Shown here: positions 11,009-22,009 of the stretch, piece by piece
How positions within the stretch are numbered: the first letter of the stretch is position 1
How the letters are laid out: each line of letters begins with the position of its first letter
Source of the DNA: Betaproteobacteria bacterium
GTDB lineage: Bacteria; Pseudomonadota; Gammaproteobacteria; Burkholderiales; Gallionellaceae
DNA: 64,000 nucleotides
Assembly: GCA_021413765.1 (NCBI GenBank)
Contig: JAIOPT010000096.1
Location: 6,723 to 70,722 of the forward strand
Direction of reading: 5' to 3'
Notes under the pieces: model-generated
Database searches by the model: none
Seen by the model: only the letters and a program-made list of their open reading frames with translations
What the model was told of the DNA's origin: nothing
Position numbers and translations under genes: made by a program

Positions 11009-11929
11009 TTAGTTGTTCACATTACCTAATAGCAGATATTCCATCAGTGCTTTTTGTACATGTAATCTATTTTCTGCCTCATCCCATACCGCGCTTTGTG
11101 GGCCGTCAATTACGGCAGCATCCACTTCCTCGCCTCGATGTGCAGGCAGGCAGTGCATGAACCGTGCATCCGGTTTGGCGACAGACATCATTTCTGTATC
11201 CACAATCCAGTCGGCGAACGCTTTGCGGCGAGCATCGTTCTCGCGCTCGAAGCCCATGCTGGTCCAGACATCGGTGGTAACCAGGTCGGCATTGCGTGCC
11301 GCATCCATCGGGTCAGCAAATTCCTCATAGTGGTCTTCGCCGAATAATCCAGCACGTTCTGGCTCAACTTCATAGCCAGGAGGAGTGGAAACATGGACGT
11401 TGAAGTCGAACACTTCTGCTGCTTGTAACCAGGTATTGCATACATTGTTTGAATCGCCTATCCACGCTACGGTTTTGCCTTGAATGGAACCGCGCTGCTC
11501 GATATAGGTGTAGATGTCAGCCAGTATCTGACAGGGATGATATTCATTGGTCAGGCCGTTAATCACCGGCACTCTCGAATTTGCGGCAAAGCGTTCGATA
11601 ATTTCCTGTTCGAAAGTGCGGATCATTACCAGGTCACTCATGCGCGAGATAACTTGTGCCGCATCTTCTACCGGCTCGCCGCGCCCCAGTTGCGAATCGC
11701 GCGTGTTGAGGTAAATGGCATTGCCGCCAAGTTGTTGCATACCTGCCTCAAACGATAGGCGCGTACGCGTGGAGCTTTTCTCAAAAATCATCACTAAAGT
11801 GCGATCCACTAGCGGATGATAGAGCTGGTAGGTTTTGAAACGCTGCTTGATGATGCGCGCGCGAGCAAATACGTGTTCTAACTCTGTACGAGTAAGATCT
11901 CTGAATTGTAAAAAATGTTTAATGCTCAC
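11009..11929 (-). CDS. argF: ornithine carbamoyltransferase
   Basis: STRTRLSFE, HPCQ, SMG, HCLP. Confidence 0.97.
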   Translation of the reverse strand: MSIKHFLQFRDLTRTELEHVFARARIIKQRFKTYQLYHPLVDRTLVMIFEKSSTRTRLSFEAGMQQLGGNAIYLNTRDSQLGRGEPVEDAAQVISRMSDLVMIRTFEQEIIERFAANSRVPVINGLTNEYHPCQILADIYTYIEQRGSIQGKTVAWIGDSNNVCNTWLQAAEVFDFNVHVSTPPGYEVEPERAGLFGEDHYEEFADPMDAARNADLVTTDVWTSMGFERENDARRKAFADWIVDTEMMSVAKPDARFMHCLPAHRGEEVDAAVIDGPQSAVWDEAENRLHVQKALMEYLLLGNVNN

Positions 11930-11930
11930 G

Positions 11931-13109
11931 TTATGCGCCTTGCGCCAGGAAATTGGAAATCAGCGGGCATAGCTTATCTAGTAATTGTAGCGCTTCTGCA
12001 GTCGTGAATATCATTGCGGGTAGTAGCCGGATAACGTTGTCAGCGGTGACGTTGATCAACAATCCTTGCGCCAAGGCTTGCTTAACCAATTCCCCGCAGC
12101 TCCTGTCTAGTTCAATGCCGATAATTAGCCCCTGCCCACGAATTTCCACCACGCCAGCCACTGTGGCCAGGCGTGTGCGTAAGCTCTGCTGTATAAATTC
12201 GCCTACCTTGGCGGCATTCGCTACCAGCTGGTCCTCTTCCATTATCGCTAGCGTGGTTAGCACAGCTACACATGCCAATGGGTTGCCGCCGAAAGTGGAG
12301 CCATGATTGCCTGGCTTAAAGGTACCCGCTGCCTTGCCAGCGGCCAGGCAGGCGCCGACAGGAATGCCGGACCCGATACCTTTGGCTAGTGTCATTACGT
12401 CCGGCAAAATGCCCGTATGCTGGTGTGCGAACCATTTGCCGGTACGGCCAATACCGCATTGCACTTCATCCAGCATCAACAGCCAGTTGTGCTGGTCACA
12501 AATTTTGCGCAGTTGCTCGAGGTAATGGATATCCAAGGTGCGGATTCCGCCTTCGCCCTGAATGGGCTCGATCAGCACCGCTACGACATCGGGGTTGTGT
12601 TCGGCAACTTGATGTATGGCATCCAGGTCATTATAAGGGACGCGCACAAAACCTTTTACCAATGGCTCGAATCCCGCCTGTACTTTGCGGTTGCCGGTGG
12701 CGGATAGCGTAGCCAAAGTGCGGCCATGAAACGCTTTCTCCATCACGATGATTGCTGGGTTGTCGATGCCTTGATGATGGCCATATAGACGCGCTAACTT
12801 GATCGCAGCTTCATTAGCTTCGCAGCCAGAATTGCACAAAAATACCTCTTGCATGTTGGCCAGCTCGCACAACTTGTCGGCTACAACTTCCTGCTCGCTT
12901 ATCTGATACAAGTTGGAAACGTGTATCAGTTTGCTGATCTGGTCCTTAAGCGCCGCAGTGAAGCGTGGATGGGCATGTCCCAGCGTGTTGACAGCGATGC
13001 CGGATAGCGCGTCAAGGTAGCGTTTGTTATCACTGTCCCACAGCCAAACGCCTTCTCCGTGCGTGAAGGCGACTGGCAGGCGAGCATAGGTGTTCATCAA
13101 ATGTGACAT
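11931..13109 (-). CDS. argD: acetylornithine aminotransferase
   Basis: FHGRT, DEVQCGIGRTG, TLAKG, HGSTFGGNP; operonic with argF. Confidence 0.95.
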   Translation of the reverse strand: MSHLMNTYARLPVAFTHGEGVWLWDSDNKRYLDALSGIAVNTLGHAHPRFTAALKDQISKLIHVSNLYQISEQEVVADKLCELANMQEVFLCNSGCEANEAAIKLARLYGHHQGIDNPAIIVMEKAFHGRTLATLSATGNRKVQAGFEPLVKGFVRVPYNDLDAIHQVAEHNPDVVAVLIEPIQGEGGIRTLDIHYLEQLRKICDQHNWLLMLDEVQCGIGRTGKWFAHQHTGILPDVMTLAKGIGSGIPVGACLAAGKAAGTFKPGNHGSTFGGNPLACVAVLTTLAIMEEDQLVANAAKVGEFIQQSLRTRLATVAGVVEIRGQGLIIGIELDRSCGELVKQALAQGLLINVTADNVIRLLPAMIFTTAEALQLLDKLCPLISNFLAQGA

Positions 13110-13327
13110 AGATAGATAGAATGACAGACGGCGGCATGGCCGCCGTATTGGGTTCGGGAAAGCGCGTATATTGAGCTAAATTGACCGGATTGTGCAAGGG
13201 GAAAATTCATATTGCATTGTATTAATAAGGGCGTCAGCAATCTAATTGCATTAATAATATTATTGTGTGCAGGTCGGCTTGGATGTTTGCCGTGGCTGAT
13301 CTCTGCGATTCATGATTTTAGCGAACT

Positions 13328-13361
13328 AAAACATAAAGCCGACAGCACATGCTGTCGGCTT
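13328..13361 (-). terminator. intrinsic terminator of rpsT
   Basis: AAGCCGACAGC-ACAT-GCTGTCGGCTT hairpin with a U-rich tail on the minus strand. Confidence 0.75.
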
Positions 13362-13386
13362 ACTTGGTGTGCGCGTGCTGTTATGC

Positions 13387-13650
13387 TTAAGCCATTGCTT
13401 TGATAGCAGCGGACAGGCGGCTCTTATGACGCGCAGCCTTATTTTTGTGAATGATCTTTTTGTCGGCGATGGAATCCACGATACTGGTAGATTCGATGAA
13501 AACGGCTTGTGCCACAGCCTTGTCGCCAACTTCAATGGCTTTCGCCACTTTCTTGATTGCAGTACGAAGTTCAGAGCGCAGGCTCGTATTATGATCGCGC
13601 TGTTTGTTCGCTTGTCTCGCGCGTTTTCTAGCTTGTGCTGTGTTTGCCAT
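13387..13650 (-). CDS. rpsT: 30S ribosomal protein S20
   Basis: [13 protein letters not shown]...[13 protein letters not shown]; GGAG RBS before ATG 13650. Confidence 0.97.
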   Translation of the reverse strand: MANTAQARKRARQANKQRDHNTSLRSELRTAIKKVAKAIEVGDKAVAQAVFIESTSIVDSIADKKIIHKNKAARHKSRLSAAIKAMA

Positions 13651-13690
13651 GGCAACTCCTTGAGGATCTCTTGCAATATTTAAAGAGCGG

Positions 13691-13719
13691 ATTATACGAA
13701 GGCTTGACAACTTTAGCAA
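13691..13719 (-). promoter_or_regulatory. sigma70 promoter of rpsT
   Basis: TTGCTA-17 nt-TATAAT on the minus strand. Confidence 0.7.
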
Positions 13720-13913
13720 TTGTTTGTTTTTTTCTTGTGTAGCGAGCAAATACACTGTCTGGACTTTTAACACATGAATCTCCTGATTAACTCAGCTTCA
13801 GCAGGGGGTAGAGATGGACCTTATGTCAGGCGAAATTGAGGTAAGTTAAAAAAAGCGGGCACGAACATTTTGATAAATTTAAAACATGGATCTCAGATGT
13901 TCTTGAAATTACC

Positions 13914-13943
13914 TTGACAATATTCATTTAACGAGTGTATAAG
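13914..13943 (+). promoter_or_regulatory. probable sigma70 promoter of cspA (long 5' leader)
   Basis: TTGACA-18 nt-TATAAG, ~115 nt upstream of ATG. Confidence 0.45.
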
Positions 13944-14057
13944 GTTAACTGGCGTTTGATTCAAAGTTTTTGCGATACTGGTTTTTTCCATGTGCAATCT
14001 TCGATTCAAATAGTTTCGCGGGGGGTTTCCCCGTTTTTAGTTAAGGAAGTAATACAC

Positions 14058-14261
14058 ATGGCAACTGGTACAGTAAAATGGTTTAACGACGCAAAGGGTT
14101 TTGGTTTTGTTACTCCGGATGATGGCAGCGAAGATTTGTTTGCACATTTTTCCGCAATTAACATGAGTGGCTTCAAGTCTCTTCAAGAGGGCCAAAAGGT
14201 TACCTTCGAAGTGACACAAGGTCCTAAAGGTAAGCAAGCATCCAATATTCAAGCTCCTTAA
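14058..14261 (+). CDS. cspA: cold-shock protein
   Basis: [25 protein letters not shown]; 67 aa. Confidence 0.95.
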   Translation: MATGTVKWFNDAKGFGFVTPDDGSEDLFAHFSAINMSGFKSLQEGQKVTFEVTQGPKGKQASNIQAP

Positions 14262-14278
14262 TCGGTTCTTGATTTAAT

Positions 14279-14312
14279 AAAAAGGCCCGGCATGAAAATG
14301 CCGGGCCTTTTT
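14279..14312. terminator. bidirectional intrinsic terminator
   Basis: AAAAAGGCCCGGCAT-GAAA-ATGCCGGGCCTTTTT between convergent genes. Confidence 0.9.
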
Positions 14313-14446
14313 AATTCTGGAAGGTAATCCCTGCAAACTAATTCTTACAGTGCAAGCTTGGGGTAGGGCAGCTATCCAATTTTCCTCGCAGGTAGTGAGG
14401 ATTGTCTGCCAAGGCACATTACTACTGTGCCTATCTATCTGATGAG

Positions 14447-15886
14447 CTAACCCTGCAACATCCGTACCCCCCAGGCCACGCCAAATCCCGTCACTTCGCT
14501 TGCTACTATGCCTAGGCCGCCTTCGCAACGACTGGCAGATAAATCCACATGCAGCCAAGGAGTGTCATCGACAAAGCGCTTGAGAAAACGGGTTGCCAAG
14601 ATGTGATCGGCCTCGCCGTCCAGCGTGCATTGCTTGATGTCAGCTACTTTTGAGTCCAGAGTGGTTTCATAGTCGTCATCCAGCGGGAAGGCGCACAAAC
14701 GCTCGCCGCTTTGCTTGCCTACACTGACCGCACGCTGTAACAGCTCATCGCGGTTGCCCAGCACGCCGCTGTAGCGCGCGCCTAAGGCCACGGCCATGCT
14801 GCCGGTTAGGGTAGCGAAGTCAATTATCAGATCTGGTTTGGCGCGTGCCGCCAGCGTGAGTGTGTCGGCTAGCACCATGCGTCCTTCGGCATCGGTGTGA
14901 ATAATTTCGATGGTGGTGCCGTTCAGCGCAGTCACGATATCGTTTTGTTTGTACGCCTTGGGGCTGATGTGGTTTTGAGCGATCGCCAGCCAGCAATCGA
15001 TATTCACTGCCAGCTTGCTCTGTGAAGCGGCAAGCAAGATGCCGAGCGCTACGGCCGACCCGTTCATATCCTCATGCATGCCATGCATGTAGCGCGCTGG
15101 TTTTAGGTTGTGCCCACCAGTATCGAAGCAAATACCCTTGCCCACTAATCCTATGGTTTGCTTGGCTTTTGGATGAGTGTAGCGCAGATGTACGATGGCG
15201 GCATCTTCGTCCGCGCTACCCTGCGCCACAGCCACGAAAGCACCCGCGCCCAACTTGCGTAGTTTCTTGAGATCAAATTCAACATGCTTCCAGCTATGTT
15301 GTTGCGCGAGTATCTTTACCCGCGCCCGATATAGAGCGGGAGTCAGCTCATTAGGTGGAAGCACGGTCAGTTCGCGGCATAGGAAGTTGCCTTCGGCCTG
15401 TGCCTTGAGCGATACAAATGCTTGCTTGTCGGCAAAACCGAATAACTCAATTTTTCGCAGCGGTTTGCGCTTATCTATTTTCTTATGTTCCGGCAACAGG
15501 GCGCCATTCACCCATGCACCATACACAGAAAGCTCTGCAGCCAGCTTGCGTTGCGCAGGATCGCCCAGCACCACAATGGCAATGCTTTTGGGCATTTCTG
15601 CCAGAAGTAATTGCATGGCTTTGCGCACTTGGGTCTGGATGGAGAAGGCGTCCTTGGAAAAATCCAGCATCGTCCAGGCAATCAACGCGCCATTAGCCGC
15701 ATTAGCAGAAACCGGCGAGTTAGTCAGCTCATCCACCTTGAGGCCGCGTCGCGCCAGCACTGTCTTGAGCAAGTCGCTATGCGGCAAATCTTGGGGTAGC
15801 GTCTTGGCTTTGGGCAGCAGCACCAGCAGATGTTGGTTAATCAGGTTTTTAGGCAGCGTCAGGGAGAGAGTAAGTTGTGCTAGCAT
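14447..15886 (-). CDS. M17-family leucyl aminopeptidase
   Basis: GKGICFDTGG, HTDAEGRMVLAD, DFATLTG; GAGGAA RBS before ATG 15886. Confidence 0.92.
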   Translation of the reverse strand: MLAQLTLSLTLPKNLINQHLLVLLPKAKTLPQDLPHSDLLKTVLARRGLKVDELTNSPVSANAANGALIAWTMLDFSKDAFSIQTQVRKAMQLLLAEMPKSIAIVVLGDPAQRKLAAELSVYGAWVNGALLPEHKKIDKRKPLRKIELFGFADKQAFVSLKAQAEGNFLCRELTVLPPNELTPALYRARVKILAQQHSWKHVEFDLKKLRKLGAGAFVAVAQGSADEDAAIVHLRYTHPKAKQTIGLVGKGICFDTGGHNLKPARYMHGMHEDMNGSAVALGILLAASQSKLAVNIDCWLAIAQNHISPKAYKQNDIVTALNGTTIEIIHTDAEGRMVLADTLTLAARAKPDLIIDFATLTGSMAVALGARYSGVLGNRDELLQRAVSVGKQSGERLCAFPLDDDYETTLDSKVADIKQCTLDGEADHILATRFLKRFVDDTPWLHVDLSASRCEGGLGIVASEVTGFGVAWGVRMLQG

Positions 15887-15956
15887 TTGTTCCTCAATAA
15901 ATTTCATGTGTTGTCTGGCATTATACAAACAGCCACCATCTATTCCCTGAATCTTT

Positions 15957-16751
15957 ATGCGCCAATATTTATATTTGATGAAACATGTGCTCAATCACGG
16001 CACAAAAAAGAGCGACCGCACCGGCACTGGCACAGTAAGCATATTCGGCTATCAGATGCGCTTTAATCTGGCAGAAGGCTTTCCGCTAGTCACCACCAAA
16101 AAATGTCACCTGAAATCCATCATTCATGAGTTGCTATGGTTTTTGCAGGGTGATACCAATATCCGCTATCTCAAGGAAAATGGTGTAAAAATTTGGGATG
16201 AATGGGCAGACGAGGATGGCAACCTTGGCCCGGTGTATGGCAAGCAGTGGCGCTCGTGGACAACATCGGATGGTCTCACCATCGACCAGATTTCAAATGT
16301 TATAGAGCAGATTAAATGCAATCCCGATTCACGCCGCCTGATCGTTTCCGCCTGGAACGTAGGGGAGCTGGATCAAATGGCGCTAGCACCGTGCCATGTC
16401 CTGTTCCAGTATTATGTGTCTGATGGCAAGCTCTCCTGCCAGCTGTACCAGCGCAGCGCGGATATTTTCCTGGGCGTGCCATTCAATATCGCATCGTACG
16501 CGTTGCTTACCTTGATGATGGCGCAAGCATGCGGTCTGAAACCAGGCGATTTTGTGCATACCTTCGGCGATGCACATCTGTATCTCAACCATCTGGAACA
16601 GGCTGAGCTGCAATTGTCGCGCGAGCCTCGATCGCTACCTGTCATGCACATCAATCCTGATGTGAAAAATATCTTCGACTTCAAGTTTGAGGACTTTACT
16701 CTGGATGGCTACAACCCCCACCCGGCTATTAAAGCGGCAGTCGCTGTATGA
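15957..16751 (+). CDS. thyA: thymidylate synthase
   Basis: [27 protein letters not shown]. Confidence 0.98.
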   Translation: MRQYLYLMKHVLNHGTKKSDRTGTGTVSIFGYQMRFNLAEGFPLVTTKKCHLKSIIHELLWFLQGDTNIRYLKENGVKIWDEWADEDGNLGPVYGKQWRSWTTSDGLTIDQISNVIEQIKCNPDSRRLIVSAWNVGELDQMALAPCHVLFQYYVSDGKLSCQLYQRSADIFLGVPFNIASYALLTLMMAQACGLKPGDFVHTFGDAHLYLNHLEQAELQLSREPRSLPVMHINPDVKNIFDFKFEDFTLDGYNPHPAIKAAVAV

Positions 16752-17266
16752 CGAGTGACGAAAAAGGGGGCAAGAAGAAGGGCAAGCTTGCGATCATTGT
16801 TGCAATGGCTCGTAACCTTACCATCGGGATCAACAACACGCTGCCATGGCGTATTCCGGCAGACCTTAAACGCTTTAAATCGCTCACCATGGGGCATCAT
16901 CTGATCATGGGGCGCAAGACTTTCGATTCCATCGGCAAGCCGCTGCCCGGCCGCACTACCGTGGTGGTAACACGCAATGATGCATTAAAAATTGAAGGCT
17001 GCATCATGGCGCACTCGCTGGAAGAAGCGATACAGGCGTGTGCGGGGGATGATGAAATTTTTATCGTCGGCGGTGCTGAACTCTACGCATTGACCATGCC
17101 GTTAGTGGACACGATCTACCTTACCGAAATCAGACAAGACGTAGCAGGCGATACGCACTTTCCGGAATTTGATAAAAAATTATGGCAGGAATTGTCGCGC
17201 GAGCAATGTAGCCAGGAAAACCCTCAGGCTCTGGAATACCATTTCGTCACTTATGGCAGGAAATAA
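16748..17266 (+). CDS. folA: dihydrofolate reductase
   Basis: [29 protein letters not shown]; ATGA overlap with thyA. Confidence 0.95.
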   Translation: MTSDEKGGKKKGKLAIIVAMARNLTIGINNTLPWRIPADLKRFKSLTMGHHLIMGRKTFDSIGKPLPGRTTVVVTRNDALKIEGCIMAHSLEEAIQACAGDDEIFIVGGAELYALTMPLVDTIYLTEIRQDVAGDTHFPEFDKKLWQELSREQCSQENPQALEYHFVTYGRK

Positions 17267-17351
17267 AAGACGGGGATATCTGGAGTCAAATGTGGATGAT
17301 GTTTCAGATTCAAGTTGGTCAATTTTTCGTTATATGGCAGCTTGCACAAAA

Positions 17352-18137
17352 CTAACTACCCCCGCCTTTTATTCGGCTCGTGGTAATCAAATCGTAGGCA
17401 ACCTGTACTTCCTTTGCTTGTTCAGTTGCCACCGCGATCATATCTTCAGGAACACCTTGGCCCATTAACTTATCGGGGTGATATTGGCTCATTAATTTTC
17501 GATAAGCGCGTTTGATTTCGTGGTCGCTGCTTTCTTTGCTTACGCCCAACGCTTTATAGGCATCGTCCAGGCGGGAGGCGGTGGGTGTTTGTCCGCTGGC
17601 AAAGTGGGACTGATTTAAAACCATATCCAGTATTTGCTTAAATGCAGCTTGGTCATAACCAAAATGACGGGCAACGTCTTTTAGTATGATTTCTTCATTT
17701 GCATGAATATGCCCATCAGCCAAGGCCATGACTATGAGATAGACCAGCAACATTTGCTTTAAGTTATGCGTATTGCCACAAATGGCAATAAATTTCTTTA
17801 AGCTTGGCTCAAGATCAAAATTTGCATCGGCCCCTCGTTTAAAAAGAGCAATTGCTTGTTGCCTATGCTCAGCTGACATTCCCAGTTTTTGAATGAACTG
17901 TTCCACATGATCAATTTCATCTTGCGATATATGACCATCCGCTTTAGCAAGTTTGCCCATTGAAATAAAAACAGTTTCAAGAAATACTGATTGGCGTAGG
18001 TGTTGGCTTAGCGGGTTAACTCCGCCAATACCATAAGCTATATAACGGTCAATAAAGCTTCCCAGAAAATAACCAATGAATGCCCCGATAAATCCCCAAA
18101 AATAAAAGCCTAATAAGGCACCAATTAATTTAAACAA
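17352..18137 (-). CDS. djlA: co-chaperone DjlA
   Basis: N-terminal TM, TerB-like domain (KADG), C-terminal J domain with HPD. Confidence 0.9.
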   Translation of the reverse strand: MFKLIGALLGFYFWGFIGAFIGYFLGSFIDRYIAYGIGGVNPLSQHLRQSVFLETVFISMGKLAKADGHISQDEIDHVEQFIQKLGMSAEHRQQAIALFKRGADANFDLEPSLKKFIAICGNTHNLKQMLLVYLIVMALADGHIHANEEIILKDVARHFGYDQAAFKQILDMVLNQSHFASGQTPTASRLDDAYKALGVSKESSDHEIKRAYRKLMSQYHPDKLMGQGVPEDMIAVATEQAKEVQVAYDLITTSRIKGGGS

Positions 18138-18352
18138 GGCAACTCCAAAGATTAGGTGGAAGGAACAAATAGTAACAAAACAAAAACCAAAACTAAAACA
18201 AGTACAGGATAAATTGAGTTTGTCCTGTTTATTTATTTCCGGAAAAAAACTATACCATGATGCCTTATAGGCCTATTATTGAAACTGTACTTTCAGGTTA
18301 AACCCGAGCATGTCGGGGGAGACGTCTACACGGCGAATAAGGGCTACAGGTT

Positions 18353-19735
18353 ATGACTACCATTCAATTTCTTGGGGCAAACGGTACGGTCACCGGATCG
18401 AAATACCTAGTCGAACATGATTCGCGGCGCATCCTGGTTGATTGCGGGTTGTTTCAGGGATATAAGCCGTTGCGGTTGAAAAACTGGGCGCCGTTTCCAT
18501 GCGACCCATCCACTATCGAATGCGTAATCCTTACTCACGCGCATATCGATCACAGCGGCTACTTGCCGTTGCTTGCCAAGAACGGCTTCTCCGGAAAGGT
18601 TTATTGCTCGGAAGCGACCCGTGACCTGTGCGAGATACTGCTTCCAGACAGCGGAAATTTGCAGGAGGAGGAGGCAAACTACGCAAACCATCGGGGGTTT
18701 TCCAAACACAAGCCGGCTCTGCCACTGTATACGCGTGAAGATGCTGAATGCTGTTTAAGCCTGTTTTATCCGATCGAGTTCGAACGCGAAGTTCAACTCG
18801 GCAACGGGCTCACACTGCGCCTGTTGCCATCCGGCCATATTCTGGGCTCTGCATTCGTTGCCCTGAAGACGCCACGAATCTCGCTGTTGTTTTCCGGTGA
18901 CCTCGGCCGACCGCACGACCTGGTGATGTCCGCTCCGTCCCGCATCGAAAAGGTGGACTACCTGGTGGTCGAATCGACCTATGGCAATCGTCGCCATGAC
19001 GCTACTGACCCGCTGGTTGTGCTTGCCGAAATAATCAATAAGACAGCTAGCCGTGGGGGAGTGGTATTGATTCCGACTTTTGCAGTGGGGCGCGCTCAGA
19101 CGCTAATGTACTGCATTCATTTGTTGAAGGCGCGCAAGGCCATTCCCGATTATCCTGTTTATCTGAATAGCCCAATGGCCATCGATGCGACACGGATTTT
19201 CCATCAGCATCACGGCGAGCACCGCCTGACTCCGGCGCAATGTGATGCCTTATGTGGCGCGGCGCGGATCGTCACAAGTGTAGAAGAATCGAAGCAACTT
19301 AACCGGTTGCATGGGCCCATGATCATTTTGGCCGCAAGCGGCATGGCGACCGGCGGCCGCGTTACCCATCACCTCAAAGCGTTCGCACCAGATCCACGCA
19401 ACACAATTCTGTTTACCGGCTTTCAAGCCGGTGGGACGCGTGGCGCCAGTCTGATGAATGGAGCGGAAACAATCAAGATTCACGGCGAATATATTCCGGT
19501 ACGCGCCGAAGTGCGGATGCTGGAAAATCTTTCTGCGCATGCCGATGCAGACGAGATTCTCGGCTGGCTTAAAGGATACACCCAGCCGCCGCACCGCACG
19601 TTCATTACCCATGGTGAGCCTGAGGCAGCGGATGCGCTGCGCCATCGTATCGAAGAAGAATTGCATTGGCCGTGTGTCATACCTGAATATCTCGAACGCG
19701 TGACCTTGGAAGAGACAGAGGGGCCGGCTGTATGA
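18353..19735 (+). CDS. MBL-fold beta-CASP ribonuclease-like protein
   Basis: VTGS, LTHAHIDHSG, GHILGS, FSGDLG, ESTYG, SAHAD, THGE. Confidence 0.92.
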   Translation: MTTIQFLGANGTVTGSKYLVEHDSRRILVDCGLFQGYKPLRLKNWAPFPCDPSTIECVILTHAHIDHSGYLPLLAKNGFSGKVYCSEATRDLCEILLPDSGNLQEEEANYANHRGFSKHKPALPLYTREDAECCLSLFYPIEFEREVQLGNGLTLRLLPSGHILGSAFVALKTPRISLLFSGDLGRPHDLVMSAPSRIEKVDYLVVESTYGNRRHDATDPLVVLAEIINKTASRGGVVLIPTFAVGRAQTLMYCIHLLKARKAIPDYPVYLNSPMAIDATRIFHQHHGEHRLTPAQCDALCGAARIVTSVEESKQLNRLHGPMIILAASGMATGGRVTHHLKAFAPDPRNTILFTGFQAGGTRGASLMNGAETIKIHGEYIPVRAEVRMLENLSAHADADEILGWLKGYTQPPHRTFITHGEPEAADALRHRIEEELHWPCVIPEYLERVTLEETEGPAV

Positions 19736-19795
19736 TGCCGATAGTGGATAGAACTTATAATTATCCCCATCCACCCCGAGTCCAAGGAGAAAATC

Positions 19796-20518
19796 ATGAC
19801 ACAACCCCCTATCGCCTCAATTAACCAAATCACTACTGATACATATCGCATCAGCATCGCATTGCCAGAAATGATGCCTGGAGGATTTTCGTTCAACCAA
19901 TACTTGGTTGTCGATGAGATGCCCCTGCTTTTTCACACTGGACCAAAAAAATTGTTCCCGCTAATTTGCAAGCAAATAGAAACCGTGCTTCCCGTATCCA
20001 AGTTGCGATACATCGCATTCTCCCATGTAGAGGCTGACGAGAGCGGTAGCCTCTCGGAGTTTCTGGCTGCTGCACCGCTGGCCAAACCAGTTTGCAGCGA
20101 AGTCGCAGCGATGGTCTCAGTCGGTGATATGGTTGACGTCGCGCCTCTGGCTATGGCTGACGGACAGAAGTTGAGCCTGGGTCGGCATCAGTTAGTGTGG
20201 CAATCAACTCCCCATCTGCCACATGGATGGGAATGCGGCTATTTTTTCGATGAAACGACAAAGACGCTGTTTTGTGGCGATTTGTTCACGCAACCCGGCA
20301 TGGGGGAGCGTCCGTTGGTCAGCGACGACATACTCGGACCCAGCGAGGCATTCAGACAACAGATGGATTATTATGCACACAGCCGAGACACCAAGCGAAT
20401 GATCGACAAGTTGGCCAATTTGCACCCCGAGATTCTGGCCTGTATGCACGGCAGCGCCTGGTCAGGTGACGGCGCAAGTCTGCTGCGAAAGCTTGGAGTA
20501 TCTCTAGCGCAGCCCTGA
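19796..20518 (+). CDS. MBL-fold di-iron protein (FprA/ODP-like, no flavodoxin domain)
   Basis: FSFNQYL, SHVEADE, TPHLPHGW, LFCGDLF, ACMHG. Confidence 0.8.
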   Translation: MTQPPIASINQITTDTYRISIALPEMMPGGFSFNQYLVVDEMPLLFHTGPKKLFPLICKQIETVLPVSKLRYIAFSHVEADESGSLSEFLAAAPLAKPVCSEVAAMVSVGDMVDVAPLAMADGQKLSLGRHQLVWQSTPHLPHGWECGYFFDETTKTLFCGDLFTQPGMGERPLVSDDILGPSEAFRQQMDYYAHSRDTKRMIDKLANLHPEILACMHGSAWSGDGASLLRKLGVSLAQP

Positions 20519-20576
20519 TTCTTTGCCGGGGTTGCTGGTGATTGTGGGCACTCCTTGATATACCGTCTTTTGATAG

Positions 20577-21065
20577 CTATACAGGTCGAATTATCGCCTT
20601 AATTCTGGCAATCAACGATTTGATGCGTTGCTTGACTAGTTGGTAAGCCGCCCATTGATCCAGGTAAGAGTGAATCAGGTTGCGGTAGTACATCACTCTG
20701 TTATATAGCCAGGCAAACCAACTAACTTGCATGAGTGCCGGTCGAGTCAGGTTGAAGATGCGGGAAAACAGCGCTATCCCAAGCAGTTTGGCTACCACAA
20801 TAATTGCCGCACCGAAATACCAATGCCCAGTTGCAATAGCATGCAACCCGATGAGTTTGGCCGGAATTAATGTTGAACTGGGTAGCAAAAAAGCGAACAC
20901 AGCCCAGCGTGGTGATAGTCCAGCGATATGACGTTCTATTGCACGAACCACGGGTAGCGTTCCAAGCCAAGCCATTAGCCGTGCCGTTTGATCCCAGATA
21001 AACTCTTCAATCAAGAAGAACATGGCAGCAAGCCAAGTCAGCGGGGCAAGGATAAGGCGTTTCAT
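20577..21065 (-). CDS. hypothetical membrane protein
   Basis: 162 aa ORF with several hydrophobic helices. Confidence 0.75.
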   Translation of the reverse strand: MKRLILAPLTWLAAMFFLIEEFIWDQTARLMAWLGTLPVVRAIERHIAGLSPRWAVFAFLLPSSTLIPAKLIGLHAIATGHWYFGAAIIVVAKLLGIALFSRIFNLTRPALMQVSWFAWLYNRVMYYRNLIHSYLDQWAAYQLVKQRIKSLIARIKAIIRPV

Positions 21066-21455
21066 ATCGGAGAGATTTTCATGGTGGCGATTTGTTGCTT
21101 ATAGGTACCCTATAGTAGCCTAGCCAAAATACAACGGTTAAGAATTGTGTCTTAACCATTCAGCCAAAAAATCGTCTCGCTCGCAAGATTTTCACTCCTT
21201 GCATGCCGTCCATGCGGGTGAAGTCACAGGCAACTCAGGGAATCATTGGGTACAGTGAGATTTTACAACCGGCAACGGAAGCAGGCACGCATAAGCTACC
21301 TGCCATCTTCTGCCTGAGTGCAACAATTTTACGCATAACAACCATGTCGCATCGTTAACCCGTAAAGTTACCAATACCGTAGAATGGGGCACAATCCAGG
21401 CATCGTTTTTGATGCCAATATTTTAAATAACATTGAATTAATTTATAAGGTAAGC

Positions 21456-21971
21456 ATGGAAAATTTCATCGAGGGAATAATATTTCGCAGCCGTTGGTTG
21501 CTTGCGCCCATGTATATTGGGCTTGTCGGCGGATTGCTGTTTTTGCTTGTGAAATTCGGGCAAGAATTTTTTCACATACTGATCAATATATTGCACACAT
21601 CAGAGCAAGAAGTCGTTCTATCAATTCTGGCATTGGTGGACATTACTCTGGTTGCGAACCTTCTGATAATGGTGATTTTTAGTGGCTATGAGAATTTCGT
21701 CTCCAAGATTGATGTTGGAGATCATGTTGATCGTCCAGACTGGATGGGAAAAGTCGATTATTCTGGACTCAAGCTGAAGCTTATCGGGTCCATCGTGGCT
21801 ATCTCAGCAATTGATTTGTTGAAGGCCTTTATGCATCAATCGTCACCTGCTGCGGAGCGGTTGGATAACACACAGATGGCATGGATGGTAGGGATACATA
21901 TGGCGTTTATCGTTTCTGGTGTTCTGTTTGCACTGATGGATAAGATCGCTGGATCTATAGCAAAGCATTAG
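21456..21971 (+). CDS. UPF0114/YqhA (TIGR00645) membrane protein
   Basis: SRWLLAPMY, SGYENFVSK, LKLKLIGSIVAIS; start placed at MENFIE. Confidence 0.9.
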   Translation: MENFIEGIIFRSRWLLAPMYIGLVGGLLFLLVKFGQEFFHILINILHTSEQEVVLSILALVDITLVANLLIMVIFSGYENFVSKIDVGDHVDRPDWMGKVDYSGLKLKLIGSIVAISAIDLLKAFMHQSSPAAERLDNTQMAWMVGIHMAFIVSGVLFALMDKIAGSIAKH

Positions 21972-22009
21972 CGTTCCAAAAAAATCTGAGCTAAGAAAAT
22001 TTGAGTTAG

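Noticed and set aside
21266-21286. SRP RNA-like CCG-GCAA-CGG-AAGCAG motif
   Set aside because: Lacks the 5' CAGG of the SRP symmetric loop and the long enclosing helix
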